Of a stretch of 64,000 nt of DNA, positions 49,632 to 61,501 are shown piece after piece (within the stretch, counting starts at the first letter, position 1; each line of letters starts with the position of its first letter). The notes beneath the pieces were generated by a model that searched no databases, was not told the DNA's origin, and worked only from the letters and a program-made list of their open reading frames with translations. The stretch spans positions 1 to 64,000 of the forward strand of contig CAVWLW010000003.1 in the NCBI GenBank assembly GCA_963755715.1, read 5' to 3'. The stretch comes from an uncultured delta proteobacterium. GTDB lineage: Bacteria > Desulfobacterota > Binatia > UBA9968. Position numbers and translations under genes: made by a program.

Positions 49632-51353
49632 ATGACGGTAAATGGATGGATTCAAATCTTACTATATATGGCGATAATTTTCGCCATAACCAAGCCGCTC
49701 GGCAGCTACATGTATCGTGTATTCGAGGGGGACCGGCAACCTTTGCCGCGCCTGTTCGGGGCGATTGAGCGGTTGCTTTACAAGCTTTGCGGCGTTGATT
49801 CGAAGCAGCAGCAAGACTGGAAGCAGTACACGCTAGCGATGCTCGTGTTCAGCGCAATCACCTTGCTGGTCACCTACGGCATCGAACGGCTGCAACATAT
49901 TCTGCCGCTCAATCCGCAAAATTTTCCACCGGTCGCCCCGGACTTGGCGTTTAACACGGCGGCGAGCTTTACGACGAATACCAACTGGCAGGCGTATACA
50001 GGCGAGTCGACGATGAGCTACCTGACGCAGATGGCCGGACTCGCCTGGCATAATTTCATGTCCGCCGCTGTCGGCATCGGCATAGCGCTCGCGTTGGCGC
50101 GCGGTATCACCTACCGCTTGCAGGCCGGCGCGGCGAAAACACTGGGCAATTTCTGGGTCGACCTCGTGCGCGCCACAGTGTACGTCTTGATTCCTATCTC
50201 TATCCCGGTCGCATTGCTGCTGGTGTCTCAGGGAGTCATTCAAAACTTTTCGTCATATGTCGACATAACGACACTGGAGGGCGTCAAGCAAACCTTGGCG
50301 ATGGGGCCGGTGGCATCGCAGGAAATCATCAAGGAACTTGGGACTAACGGCGGCGGATTTTTCAACGCCAACAGTGCCCATCCATTCGAAAGCGCTACTC
50401 CGCTGACCAACTTCATCGAAATGCTGCTGATTTTTTCCATTCCAGCCGCGATGACCTACACGTACGGCCGCATGGCGCGGGACCAGAAACAGGGATGGGT
50501 GCTGTTCGCCGCGATGGCGCTTATTTTCGTCGTCGGTGTCTGGGTTGCGTACTCCAGCGAAGCGCAAGGCAATCCACTCATGCGCGGTATGGCGGTCGAT
50601 CAAGGCGCAGGCAACTGGGAGGGGAAAGAAGCGCGTTTCGGTATCGCCAACTCTGCGCTGTTTGCCACTGTCACCACGGCAACTTCGTGCGGCGCGGTCA
50701 ATTCGATGCACGATAGTTTCACCGCGCTCGGCGGGCTCGTTCCGCTCGCCAACATTCAACTCGGCGAATTGGTTTTCGGCGGCGTCGGCGCGGGACTCTA
50801 CGCGATGCTGATTTACGTCATCCTGTCAGTTTTTATCGCGGGGCTGATGGTCGGACGCACGCCGGAATATCTCGGCAAAAAGATCGAATCGCGGGAGATC
50901 AAACTCTCGATGCTCTACGTGCTGATCTTCCCGCTGTTGATCCTTTATTACGCCGGCTGGTCGCTGGTCGCGCCGTACGGCGTTTCATCTCTAAACAACG
51001 CCGGCCCGCACGGCCTCAGTGAAATTCTCTACGCTTATAGCAGCGCCGCGGGCAACAATGGTTCCGCCTTCGCCGGCCTGAACGCAAACACGCTCTGGTT
51101 TAACGTGAGTCTCGGTTTGACGATGCTCGCTGGGCGTTTCTTGATGATCATTCCCGCGATGGCGGTGGCCGGCTCGCTCGTTGGTAAAAAAGCGGTGCCG
51201 GAAAGCTTGGGCACCTTCCCGACCAACGGATCGCTTTTCGTCGTGCTGCTCGTCGGCGTCATCATCATCGTCGGGGCGTTGACTTTCTTCCCCGCGCTCG
51301 CGCTCGGTCCGATCGTCGAACATTTTTTGGCTCAAGCAGGAAAGGTTTACTAA
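49632..51353 (+). CDS. kdpA: K+-transporting ATPase subunit A
   Basis: Filter motifs TNTNWQ, LGTNGGG, TSCGAVN, GNNGSAF; also [11 protein letters not shown]. Confidence 0.97.
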   Translation: MTVNGWIQILLYMAIIFAITKPLGSYMYRVFEGDRQPLPRLFGAIERLLYKLCGVDSKQQQDWKQYTLAMLVFSAITLLVTYGIERLQHILPLNPQNFPPVAPDLAFNTAASFTTNTNWQAYTGESTMSYLTQMAGLAWHNFMSAAVGIGIALALARGITYRLQAGAAKTLGNFWVDLVRATVYVLIPISIPVALLLVSQGVIQNFSSYVDITTLEGVKQTLAMGPVASQEIIKELGTNGGGFFNANSAHPFESATPLTNFIEMLLIFSIPAAMTYTYGRMARDQKQGWVLFAAMALIFVVGVWVAYSSEAQGNPLMRGMAVDQGAGNWEGKEARFGIANSALFATVTTATSCGAVNSMHDSFTALGGLVPLANIQLGELVFGGVGAGLYAMLIYVILSVFIAGLMVGRTPEYLGKKIESREIKLSMLYVLIFPLLILYYAGWSLVAPYGVSSLNNAGPHGLSEILYAYSSAAGNNGSAFAGLNANTLWFNVSLGLTMLAGRFLMIIPAMAVAGSLVGKKAVPESLGTFPTNGSLFVVLLVGVIIIVGALTFFPALALGPIVEHFLAQAGKVY

Positions 51354-51354
51354 C

Positions 51355-53413
51355 ATGGCAGACACACGCTTAAAGGAACGTTCTCTGTTCGATCCGGAAA
51401 TCATGCGGCCGGCGATTTGGGACAGTTTCCGCAAACTGACGCCGCGCCACGTGATCAAGAACCCGGTCATGTTCGTGGTCGAGATCGGCAGCGTGCTGAC
51501 CACTTTGATCTTGGTGCGCGATCTTTTCGCGCCGACGCCAGGATCTCAGCCGCTCTGGTTTACCTTCAACGTCAGTTTCTGGTTGTGGTTCACCGTGGTC
51601 TTCGCCAACTTCGCCGAAGCGGTGGCCGAAGGACGCGGCAAGGCCCAGGCGGCGACGCTGCGCAAAATGCGCAAGGAAACCAACGCGCGGCGCTTGGTTA
51701 ACGGTCATCGGGAAGAAGTCGTGCCCGCGTCGGCGCTCCGCAAAGGGGACACCGTCGTGGTCGAAGCCGGCGAAATTATCCCCGGCGACGGCGACGTGAT
51801 TCAAGGCATCGCATCGGTCGATGAATCGGCGATCACCGGCGAATCAGCGCCGGTCATTCGCGAAAGCGGCGGCGACCGTTCAGCGGTCACCGGCGGCACC
51901 AAAGTTTTGTCCGACCGGATCGTCGTGCGCATCACGGCAAGCCCAGGGCGAATCTTTTCTCGATCGCATGATCGCTTTGGTCGAAGGCGCGGAGCGGCAG
52001 AAGACGCCGAATGAAATCGCGCTGAATATTCTACTCGCCGGCCTCACGCTGGTTTTTCTTTTTGCCTGCGTCACCCTCGTGCCGATGGCGCTCTACTCCG
52101 GCATGGCCACCGTTTCCGTCACTGTTATCGTGGCGCTGCTCGTTTGCCTGATTCCGACGACTATCGGCGGTCTTCTTTCGGCAATCGGTATCGCCGGCAT
52201 CGATCGGTTACTTAGAAAAAACGTGCTCGCCATGAGCGGACGCGCCGTCGAGGCCGCCGGCGATGTCGACACTCTGCTTTTAGACAAGACCGGCACGATC
52301 ACGCTCGGCAACCGTATGGCCACAGAGTTTATCACTGTCGATGGCGTGAGCCCGGAAGCTCTCGCGGACGCCGCCCAGCTCGCGAGTCTCGCCGATGAAA
52401 CTCCGGAAGGCCGCTCGATCGTCGTGCTGGCGAAGGAGAAATACGGACTGCGCGGTCGCGACGTGCAAAGCATCGGCGCAAAATTTATTCCGTTCAGCGC
52501 CCAAACACGCATGAGCGGTTGTGATCTGGACGGCCGCATCATCCGCAAAGGCGCGGTCGATGCGATTGTCAGCTTCGTCGGCGAGATGGGCGGCGCAGTG
52601 AGCTCGCAAATCGAAGGCGTCACTCACGGCATCGCCGATGCGGGAGGCACGCCGCTGGTGGTTTCCGAAGGTAGCGAGGTTCTCGGCGTGATCCATTTAA
52701 AGGACGTGGTGAAGGGGGGCATCAAAGAACGCTTTGCGCGCTTCCGCGCCATGGGCATTCGAACGGTCATGATCACCGGCGACAATCCGCGCACCGCCGC
52801 GGCGATCGCTCGCGAAGCCGGCGTCGATGATTTTCTCGCCGAAGCGACGCCGGAAGCGAAAATGCGTTTGATCAAAGAAGAACAGAACAAGGGCAAATTG
52901 GTGGCCATGACCGGTGACGGCACCAACGACGCACCCGCGCTGGCGCAAGCGGACGTCGGCGTGGCGATGAACACGGGCACGCAAGCGGCCAAAGAGGCCG
53001 GCAACATGGTCGACTTGGATTCCAACCCGACCAAGCTTTTGGAAGTCGTCGAGATCGGCAAGCAGATGCTCATGACCCGCGGCGTGCTCACGACTTTTTC
53101 CATCGCCAACGACGTGGCCAAGTATTTCGCGATCATCCCGGCCATGTTCATGGGCGTCTATCCGCAGATCGCGCCGCTCAATATCATGCATCTGGCGTCG
53201 CCGCAAAGCGCGATTCTTTCGGCGGTTATTTTCAACGCGATCATTATTATCTTGCTTATTCCGTTGGCCTTGCGCGGTGTCCAGTATCGCCCCATCGGCG
53301 CCGGCCCGTTGCTGGCACGTTCCCTATTGATCTACGGCGTCGGCGGGGTGGTCGCGCCGTTCATCGGCATCAAACTCGTCGATTTGGTTTTGGCAGCCGT
53401 CGGACTTGTCTAG
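51355..53413 (+). CDS. kdpB: K+-transporting ATPase subunit B (frameshift near 51947)
   Basis: [38 protein letters not shown]. Confidence 0.97.
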
Positions 53414-53421
53414 GAGAATCT

Positions 53422-54099
53422 ATGAAAACTTTCACTATCGCTTTACGCGCGACAATCGTTACGTTGGTGTTAACAGGACTTATCTATCCCTTCGTCATGA
53501 CCGGACTCGCTCAAGTGCTTTTCCCATGGCGCGCAAACGGCAGCCTGGTTACGGACGAAAAAGGCCAGGTCGTCGGCTCCGAGTTGATTGCCCAGGGATT
53601 CTCGAATCCCGCTTACTTTCAGCCGCGGCCTTCGGCGGCAGGGGAGAAGGGCTATGACGCGACTTCTTCAGGCGGCTCCAACCTCGGCCCGACATCGAAG
53701 AAGCTGCAGGATCGTATCAACGACGATCTCAAGCGCTTGAAGGCGGAAAATCCGCAAGCCACCGGACCCGTTCCAGCGGAACTTGTCACTACTTCGGCGA
53801 GCGGACTCGATCCGCACCTGTCGCCTGAAGGCATGATCTGGCAACTGCCGCGAGTTGCCAAAGCGCGCGGCGTAGCTCTCGAGCGGGTGAAGGCTGTGGT
53901 CGATGCCAACGTCGAAGGAAGAACATTCGGCGTCTTGGGCGAACCGCGAGTCAACGTGCTGATGGTCAATCTAGCGCTCGATCGCCAATTTGGCCGGCCA
54001 GCTCCGCTTCCTCCGGCTCCTGAAAAGAAAGAGGCAAAGGAAGCAAGCCCAGACAACAAAGGCGGTACTCAATCAGCCGCTCCGGCCGAGAAGCCCTAA
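53422..54099 (+). CDS. kdpC: K+-transporting ATPase subunit C
   Basis: ANGS, GSELIAQ, FQPRPS, SNLGP, SASGLDPH, GEPRVNVL. Has a Pro/Ala/Glu/Lys-rich tail. Confidence 0.95.
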   Translation: MKTFTIALRATIVTLVLTGLIYPFVMTGLAQVLFPWRANGSLVTDEKGQVVGSELIAQGFSNPAYFQPRPSAAGEKGYDATSSGGSNLGPTSKKLQDRINDDLKRLKAENPQATGPVPAELVTTSASGLDPHLSPEGMIWQLPRVAKARGVALERVKAVVDANVEGRTFGVLGEPRVNVLMVNLALDRQFGRPAPLPPAPEKKEAKEASPDNKGGTQSAAPAEKP

Positions 54100-54126
54100 C
54101 CAGACGAGAATCAGGAGGGTCGACCG

Positions 54127-54886
<760 letters not shown>

Positions 54887-54916
54887 ATCTGAACTTCACG
54901 AAGAGGAGGAAGGAGA

Positions 54917-56615
54917 ATGGTCATAGGCAAGCCACTGGGGAGATTTTTGTCGGTTACAATACTGTTGAGCTGGACGCTGATGTTGCATCCGGTTCTCGCA
55001 GAGGAAGCTACGCCACCGGGCGGGGCGCCGCCGCAAGCAGCGGAGCCGAAACCTGATCCTGCCGGAGTATCGACGGGCGATAAAACGAACGTCATCGACG
55101 CCGGTGGAAATTCCTTTGCCGTGTCGGAGCCCAGTGACAAAGCCGATCCAGATTACGCCAAAAAGAAAAAGGACTTCGAAGTGTACCAGACCCAGGCAGG
55201 CAAGGAACCACTTGCGACGAAACTTGCCGATGCCGTTGGCCACCTTCGGCTTGCGACGAACTTTAGCTGGACGCTCTTGACCGGCTACCTGGTGCTGTTC
55301 ATGCAAGCCGGCTTCGCGCTTCTCACTTGCGGCTTGGTGCGCAAGAAAAACGCCGCGCATCTAATGATGTTAAACTTTGCTGCCTATGTCTTCGCCTTTC
55401 TCGCTTATTATGCCTGTGGCTTTGCCTTTCAGTTCGGCGCCGTGGCCGTCAACGCCGCGCCAACTAACCTCGGCGGCACGCCGACACTCAATGAGTTTCT
55501 CCTTGGCAGCGGCCAGTGGGGTTTTCTGGGCGGGAAAGGGTTTTTTCTAAGCGGCGCAGGCTACGACGCCGGAAGCAAGTTTAGCGCTCTTCGAAGTCGT
55601 GTTTATGGCGACTGCCGGCTATATCATCGTCGGCGCCATTTGCGAGCGCATTACATTCTGGGCGTTTATTCTGTGCGAACTTTTCGTGGGGGCCATTCTT
55701 TATCCCATGTTCGGCTGTTGGGTCTGGGGCGGCGGCTGGCTGTCGCAGCTGGGCGCCACGATGAACTGGGGACATGGTTACGTCGATTTCGCCGGCTCCA
55801 CCGTGGTCCACGCCGTCGGCGGATTCTGCGCAATGGCTTTGGCTGTGCTCCTCGGCCCGCGTATTGGCAAGTACGGCGCCGACGGAAAACCACGCGCCTT
55901 TCCAGCCCATAACATTGTCTTCGTGGTCACCGGGACATTTATTCTGCTGTTCGGTTGGATGGGTTTTAACCCTGGTTCCACTCTGGGCGCGACGGACTTG
56001 CGGATATCGGTGATCGCGATAAACACCAATCTCGCTGCGGTTGCGGGATCGGCGACGGCGATGATTCTTTGGTACTTTCTGTTTAGGAAGCCGGATATAA
56101 CGATGGCGTGTAACGGCATGCTGGCCGGCCTGGTTGCGATCACCGCGCCTTGTGCCTTCGTGAGCGCCAACTCCGCTGTGGTGATCGGCATCATCGCCGG
56201 CATCGTCGTCTGCTCTGGAGTCTTGTTCAATGAGCGCGTGCTCAAAGTCGACGATCCCTGTGGCGCCGTCTCGGTGCACGGTTATTGCGGTTGGCTCGGC
56301 GCAGTCTGTGTCGGTATTTTCGCCGATGGGACCTACGGGGCCGGCTGGAACGGTGTCGGGGCTGCGAGCTATCTTGGCAAAGCGGGCCAGGGGGTGACGG
56401 GTTTGCTCTACGGCGACTTATCCCAATTCTGGTTGCAGTTGGGCGGTGCCACCCTGTGCATGATCTATGCCTTCGGCTTCACTTACGTCACTTTCAAGCT
56501 GGTCAACGCCATCGTGCCGTTGCGAGTGCCGGCCGAAACTGAACTTGAAGGTCTCGATATTCCCGAGTTCGGCATGACCGCCTATCCCGAGGATGCGCTG
56601 GCTGAAGCGAAGTGA
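54917..56615 (+). CDS. amtB: Ammonium transporter (frameshift near 55580)
   Basis: LVLFMQAGF, GAICER, WVWGGG, DFAGSTVVH, GPRIG, GWMGFNPGS, DDPCGAVSVHG, LRV...E..GLD. Confidence 0.93.
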
Positions 56616-56886
56616 TCGGCGGAGATTGCTTATCGATAGATAGTGGGAGAAGTCTACCTAGGAGAGAGAGGCTATAGTCACATATCGAGTCGCGGCATAA
56701 AAAACGTTTGGTACGGGCCAATAAAGGAGCAGTGCTGCTTTTGGGGAGTGGCACGCTCCTTTTCGGCGTTTGGTCACAATCTGTGGGTTACGGCGGTTTG
56801 TAGTAGCGTGATTTGCGGCAAGAATGATAAACAGATCAGTTCATTAGAAAAAGTCGATGCTGCGCAACACCTGAAATATTTCTACC

Positions 56887-58044
56887 ATGGGTAAAAAACA
56901 GAAACGCCCTGAAGATTTCCTCGAGCTGGTCGAGCGCGCCAAGCGCGGACGGCTGAAGGTTTATATTGGCTCGGCCGCCGGCGTCGGTAAAACTTATCAG
57001 ATGCTCGAGGAAGCTCACGCGCTCAAAAAGCGCGGCGTCGACGTGGTGTTGGCGTTCATCGAGCCGCACGACCGGCTCGATACCGCGGCGCTGATCGAGG
57101 GACTCGAGGTGGTGCCGCGCCAGCGCGTCGATTATCGCGGCGTGGTTGTCGAGGAGATGGATCTCGATGCGGTTCTCAAGCGCCGTCCTCAGGTTGCCAT
57201 CGTCGATGAGCTGGCGCATACCAACGCGCCGTTTTGCAAAAACAAGAAGCGCTATCAGGACGTGTTGGAACTGCTCGAAGCCGGCATCAACGTCATCTGC
57301 GCCTTCAACGTGCAACATCTCGAAAGCCTCAACGAAATGGTCAAACAGGCCACCGGCGTGGTGGTTCGCGAGACTGTGCCGGACTCGATCCTGAAGCGGG
57401 CCGATCAAGTCGTCGACATCGATCTGGCGGTCGAAGATCTCATCGATCGCCTTAAAGCGGGCAAGATCTATGCGCCCGACAAGGTTGGATGGGCGCTGGA
57501 GAATTTTTTCTTACCGGAAAAACTTGCGGTGCTGCGTGAAATCGCCTTGCGGGAGGTCGCGGAAAGCGTCGATCGCACGGTTGCGGCCAAAGCCGGCAAC
57601 GGTGATGCCGGCCGCAGGTCGGCGGCGAGCGAACGCGTGATGGTTTGTCTGCCCACCCGGCCGCCGCCCAACGGCGCCATGCTGCTTAGACAGGGCTCGC
57701 GCTTGGCGGGCCGGTTGAACACCGACTGGTTTGTTGTCCATGTCGAGACCAAAAGCGAAGCCGGTCACCGGATCGACGCGACACTGCAGCGGTACCTTCT
57801 GGACGACGAGCAAAGAGCCCGAGACTTGGGCGCTGAAGTCGTGCGCCTGCGCTCGGAAGAACCGGTTGACGCGCTCCTCGAATTTGGCCGTGATCATGGC
57901 GTCCGCCATATTGTCGTCGGGCGATCGCACAAGCCTTGGTGGCGTCGTATGTTAGGTCAGTCGCCGGTCTTTAAGCTGGTTACCGAGGCGGCCGGATTCG
58001 ATCTCCACATCGTGTCGTTGGAAGATCGGGAGGCAAAGGAATGA
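56887..58044 (+). CDS. kdpD: Stand-alone KdpD N-terminal sensor domain plus Usp domain
   Basis: GRLKVYIGSAAGVGKT, VDELAHTN, NVQHLESLN, LREIALR, then a Usp domain. No TM or kinase part. Confidence 0.9.
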   Translation: MGKKQKRPEDFLELVERAKRGRLKVYIGSAAGVGKTYQMLEEAHALKKRGVDVVLAFIEPHDRLDTAALIEGLEVVPRQRVDYRGVVVEEMDLDAVLKRRPQVAIVDELAHTNAPFCKNKKRYQDVLELLEAGINVICAFNVQHLESLNEMVKQATGVVVRETVPDSILKRADQVVDIDLAVEDLIDRLKAGKIYAPDKVGWALENFFLPEKLAVLREIALREVAESVDRTVAAKAGNGDAGRRSAASERVMVCLPTRPPPNGAMLLRQGSRLAGRLNTDWFVVHVETKSEAGHRIDATLQRYLLDDEQRARDLGAEVVRLRSEEPVDALLEFGRDHGVRHIVVGRSHKPWWRRMLGQSPVFKLVTEAAGFDLHIVSLEDREAKE

Positions 58045-59880
58045 ATCTTTACAAAAAACTATTGCTGGCCCAGGCGCCGATCGCCATCGCCCTGGCGATT
58101 GTCGGCATTTTTTCGGTGATCGTCGTGTCCTATCTCGGCACTCATTCGCAAACCATTTTGAAGGACAACTACCGCAGCGTGCTGGCCGCGCAGCGGATGA
58201 AAGAAGCCATCGAACGGATGGATAGCGGCGCGCTGTTTATGGTCGCGGGCGAGCGTCAAAAAGGGCTTGAGCAGGTAGAAAAAAATCAGCCGATCTTCGA
58301 AGCCGAGCTGAAAGTGCAAGAGGGGAATATCACGGAGTCGGGAGAGAAGGAGTTCACCGAGGGGCTGCGCGCCGCGTGGATGGATTATCAAACGAAATTT
58401 GCGCGCCTGCAAAAAAGCACGAGCAGCGAAGAGGCAAAACAAATCTACTTCTCCGAGCTGGAATCGGCCTTTTACAGAGTGAAATCGGCCGCCGACGAAA
58501 TCCTGGCGATCAATCAAGACACCATGGTGCGCAAAAGCGATGACGTGAGGCGCACGGCGGAGCGCATGAACGCGGTCACCATCACGGTGGCGCTCGCTGC
58601 CCTTGCGCTGGGACTCATCGTCTCGACATTTTTGACTCGGCGCCTGCTCCGGCCGGTTTCGGCCCTCAGCGAGGCGACGCGAAAAATCGGCGAGGGCAAC
58701 TTCGACACGCGGGCTCACGTGCGGGGCAACGACGAGCTGGCGCAGTTGGCGCGGGACTTCAATGCCATGGCCGCGCGCTTGGCGGAATACCGCAAAAGCT
58801 CGCTCGGTGACTTGCTGCAGGCGCATTTGAGCATGCAGGCGGCGATCGACAGCCTGCCCGACCCGGTAGCGATTTTTAATATCGACGGCAATCTCCAGAA
58901 CGTCAACCGTGCGGCGGAAACGCTGATTGGGCTGAGAACTGACAGGCGGCGCCAAAGAGCCGTTCAAAACCGTCGACGCTGCGACACGAGCCGTTCTCGA
59001 GCGCATGCGCAGTCACGTGCTATCGGGCAAAGGCGCGTTTAACCCGAGAGGGTTCGAAGATGCGGTCCAGCTCCCGACTATGTTGGGCGATCGGTATTTC
59101 TTGCCGCGCGCCACGCCGGTCTACGAATCGCGCGGCGTGATCGTCGGCGCCACGGTGCTCTTGCAGGACGTTACCCGCTTGCGCCGCTTCGAAGAATTGA
59201 AAAACGACGTGGTGGCGACCATCGCGCACGAGTTCCGCACTCCGCTCACGTCCTTGCGCATGGCGGTGCATCTGTGCACCGAACAGGTCGCCGGTCCGCT
59301 CACGGAAAAGCAAGCCGAGCTTTTGCACGCGGCGCGCGAAGATTGCGACCGGCTGCAAGCCATGGTCGACGATCTCTTAGACATGTCGAGGATCGAATCG
59401 GGCCGCGTCGAGCTCTATCCGTTGCCGACTCCGAGCGGCGTGCTTGCCGAGAGCGCCGTGGAACAATTCAAGGCGGAAGCGGAGGCGAAAGGCGTGCGCC
59501 TGAGCGCGGACATCACGATTCCGGAAGTCAAAGTGCTGGCGGATCACGAGCGCGTGGGCCATGTATTTGCGAATCTTGTCGGCAACGCGTTACGCCACAC
59601 CCAACGCGATGGTTCGGTGATCCTGGGTGCGAGCGTCACCAACGGCGCGGTGCGCTTCACTGTAACGGACACGGGCAAAGGAATTCCAAAGGAATACCAG
59701 GAGCGAATCTTTGAAAAGTTTTTCCAGGTCCCGGAGAGCGGACCGAAAGGAACCGGCCTGGGTCTTTATATCGCCAGGGAGATCGTGCGCGGTCATGGCG
59801 GCGACATTGGCGTGGAAAGCGAACCGGGCAGGGGAAGCACTTTTTGGTTCACTTTGCCGCGGGAGACCAAGAGCGCTTAG
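58041..59880 (+). CDS. Sensor histidine kinase, KinB-like (TM-4HB-TM-HAMP-PAS-HisKA-HATPase) (frameshift near 58945)
   Basis: ILKDNYRSV, HAMP DELAQLARDFNAM, AHEFRTPLTS, NLVGNA, DTGKGI, GTGLGL. ATGA overlap with kdpD. Confidence 0.9.
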
Positions 59881-59914
59881 AACGGAGCGGGGTCATGGCA
59901 GTACCCACTCGGAG

Positions 59915-59995
59915 TCCTTCGACTTGGCTCAGGACGAACGGAGACGATCTTAAAGTCGTTGATGATTTTCCGTTCATGCTGAGGGTCTCGAAGCA
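59915..59995. repeat. REP-like long inverted repeat between convergent genes
   Basis: TCCTTCGACTTGGCTCAGGACGAACGGA ... TCCGTTCATGCTGAGGGTCTCGAAGCA. Confidence 0.7.
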
Positions 59996-60025
59996 TTGCG
60001 AACCTTTTTTAGCAAGGCTCTTTTT

Positions 60026-61447
60026 CTACCCCTCATATTTTTTTCGCTTGCGCCAAAGCGTCGAGGCGTCGATCCCAAGCACGGCGGCGGCTTCGTCCAA
60101 CGTTGCGGTGCGCGCGATCACCCGGGTGATGTGCTCGCGCTCGACAGCGTCCAAGGAAAAATCGCCGCCCACTTGCGGCGCGTCCGCGGCGCGATGGCGC
60201 GCGGCAATGTGCGCCGGAAAGGCTTCCGGTTCGATGATTTGAGCCGGCCAAAGGATCACCGCTCTTTCGATGGTGTTTCTGAGCTCGCGGACATTGCCGG
60301 GCCACGAGTACGCGGTCAAAACATCGGCGGCGGAACTCGAAAGCTCGGGAGGTTGACGCCGCGCCGATTTTGCGAAGAAAATCAAAAAGCGGCGCGCCAA
60401 ACGCAAAATATCCTCCGGCCGCTCGCGCAGCGGCGGCAGCTGCAAGTCGATCACGTTCAGACGATAGAGCAAATCTTCGCGAAACAGGCCTTGGCGCACG
60501 TGCTCGGTTAAATCGCGATTGGTGGCCGCCACGGTTCGAACGTCGGCCCGCCGGGTTTTGTTCTCGCCGAGCCGTTCGAATTCTTTTTCCTCGATGAAGC
60601 GGAGTAGCTTCGCTTGCAGGGAAGGCGAGATGTCGCCGATCTCATCGAGAAAAAGCGTGCCACCCTCGGCCGCCTCGACGCGGCCCGCTTGATCGCGCAC
60701 GGCGCCGGTAAAAGCTCCTTTGGCGTGGCCGAACAGCTCGCTGGTCAGCAATTCCTCGGATAGAGTCGGGCAATTGACGACGACGAAAGGATGGCGGCTG
60801 CGCGGGCTCAATGAATGAATCCACCGCGCCAGCACGCTCTTGCCGGTGCCGCTTTCGCCGCGCAACAGCACCGCTGCGTCCGAGCTCGCCGCCTTTCGCG
60901 CAACTTCAAAAACCGCGCGAAGCTTCGGTGAATCGGATTCCAGATCGCTGTCCGGCGCCGCCTCGCGCAGACGGCCCTCCAGATCGATGACCTGTCGTTT
61001 CAGGTCGCGTTGCTTGATGCATTGATCGACAACGTGACGAATCTGCGCCGGCGTAAACGGCTTGGCCAGGTAGTCGGCCGCGCCGCGTTTGATCGCGTCT
61101 ACTGCGTTGTCGATGGTGGCGTAGGCCGTGATCACCACCACCAACAGATTGGGACAATCGGCGATCAGTTTGGGGATGAGGTCGAGACCGCTGGTGTCGC
61201 CGAGACGGACATCGAGAAACGCCAAATCGTAGGCTTGTTGGGTGAGCGCGTCGAGCGCGCTTTCTCCGGACGATACCGCGGTCACCTGACAGCCGGCTTG
61301 CTCGAGACAGAGCGAAAGCGTGGCGCGGATGTTCTTTTCATCGTCGATGACAAGTACCCGGAGTCTTGGATCCGGAGTCGGTTTTGAGGAGGACCACGAT
61401 GATCCGCCTTGTTTGGGCACTATGCTATCCGAGAGTTGTCGATGCAA
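60026..61447 (-). CDS. Sigma-54-dependent response regulator (AlgB/NtrC-like)
   Basis: [44 protein letters not shown]. Start uncertain. Confidence 0.93.
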   Translation of the reverse strand: MHRQLSDSIVPKQGGSSWSSSKPTPDPRLRVLVIDDEKNIRATLSLCLEQAGCQVTAVSSGESALDALTQQAYDLAFLDVRLGDTSGLDLIPKLIADCPNLLVVVITAYATIDNAVDAIKRGAADYLAKPFTPAQIRHVVDQCIKQRDLKRQVIDLEGRLREAAPDSDLESDSPKLRAVFEVARKAASSDAAVLLRGESGTGKSVLARWIHSLSPRSRHPFVVVNCPTLSEELLTSELFGHAKGAFTGAVRDQAGRVEAAEGGTLFLDEIGDISPSLQAKLLRFIEEKEFERLGENKTRRADVRTVAATNRDLTEHVRQGLFREDLLYRLNVIDLQLPPLRERPEDILRLARRFLIFFAKSARRQPPELSSSAADVLTAYSWPGNVRELRNTIERAVILWPAQIIEPEAFPAHIAARHRAADAPQVGGDFSLDAVEREHITRVIARTATLDEAAAVLGIDASTLWRKRKKYEG

Positions 61448-61501
61448 GCGGCCGCGCGATTGGATCGTCGATGGCGCCGCGAGGCGGGAAACGGCTCGGC
61501 G

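Noticed and set aside
56749-56764. Sigma-54 promoter upstream of kdpD (TGGCACGCTCCTTTTC)
   Set aside because: Good -24 element but no GC at -12.
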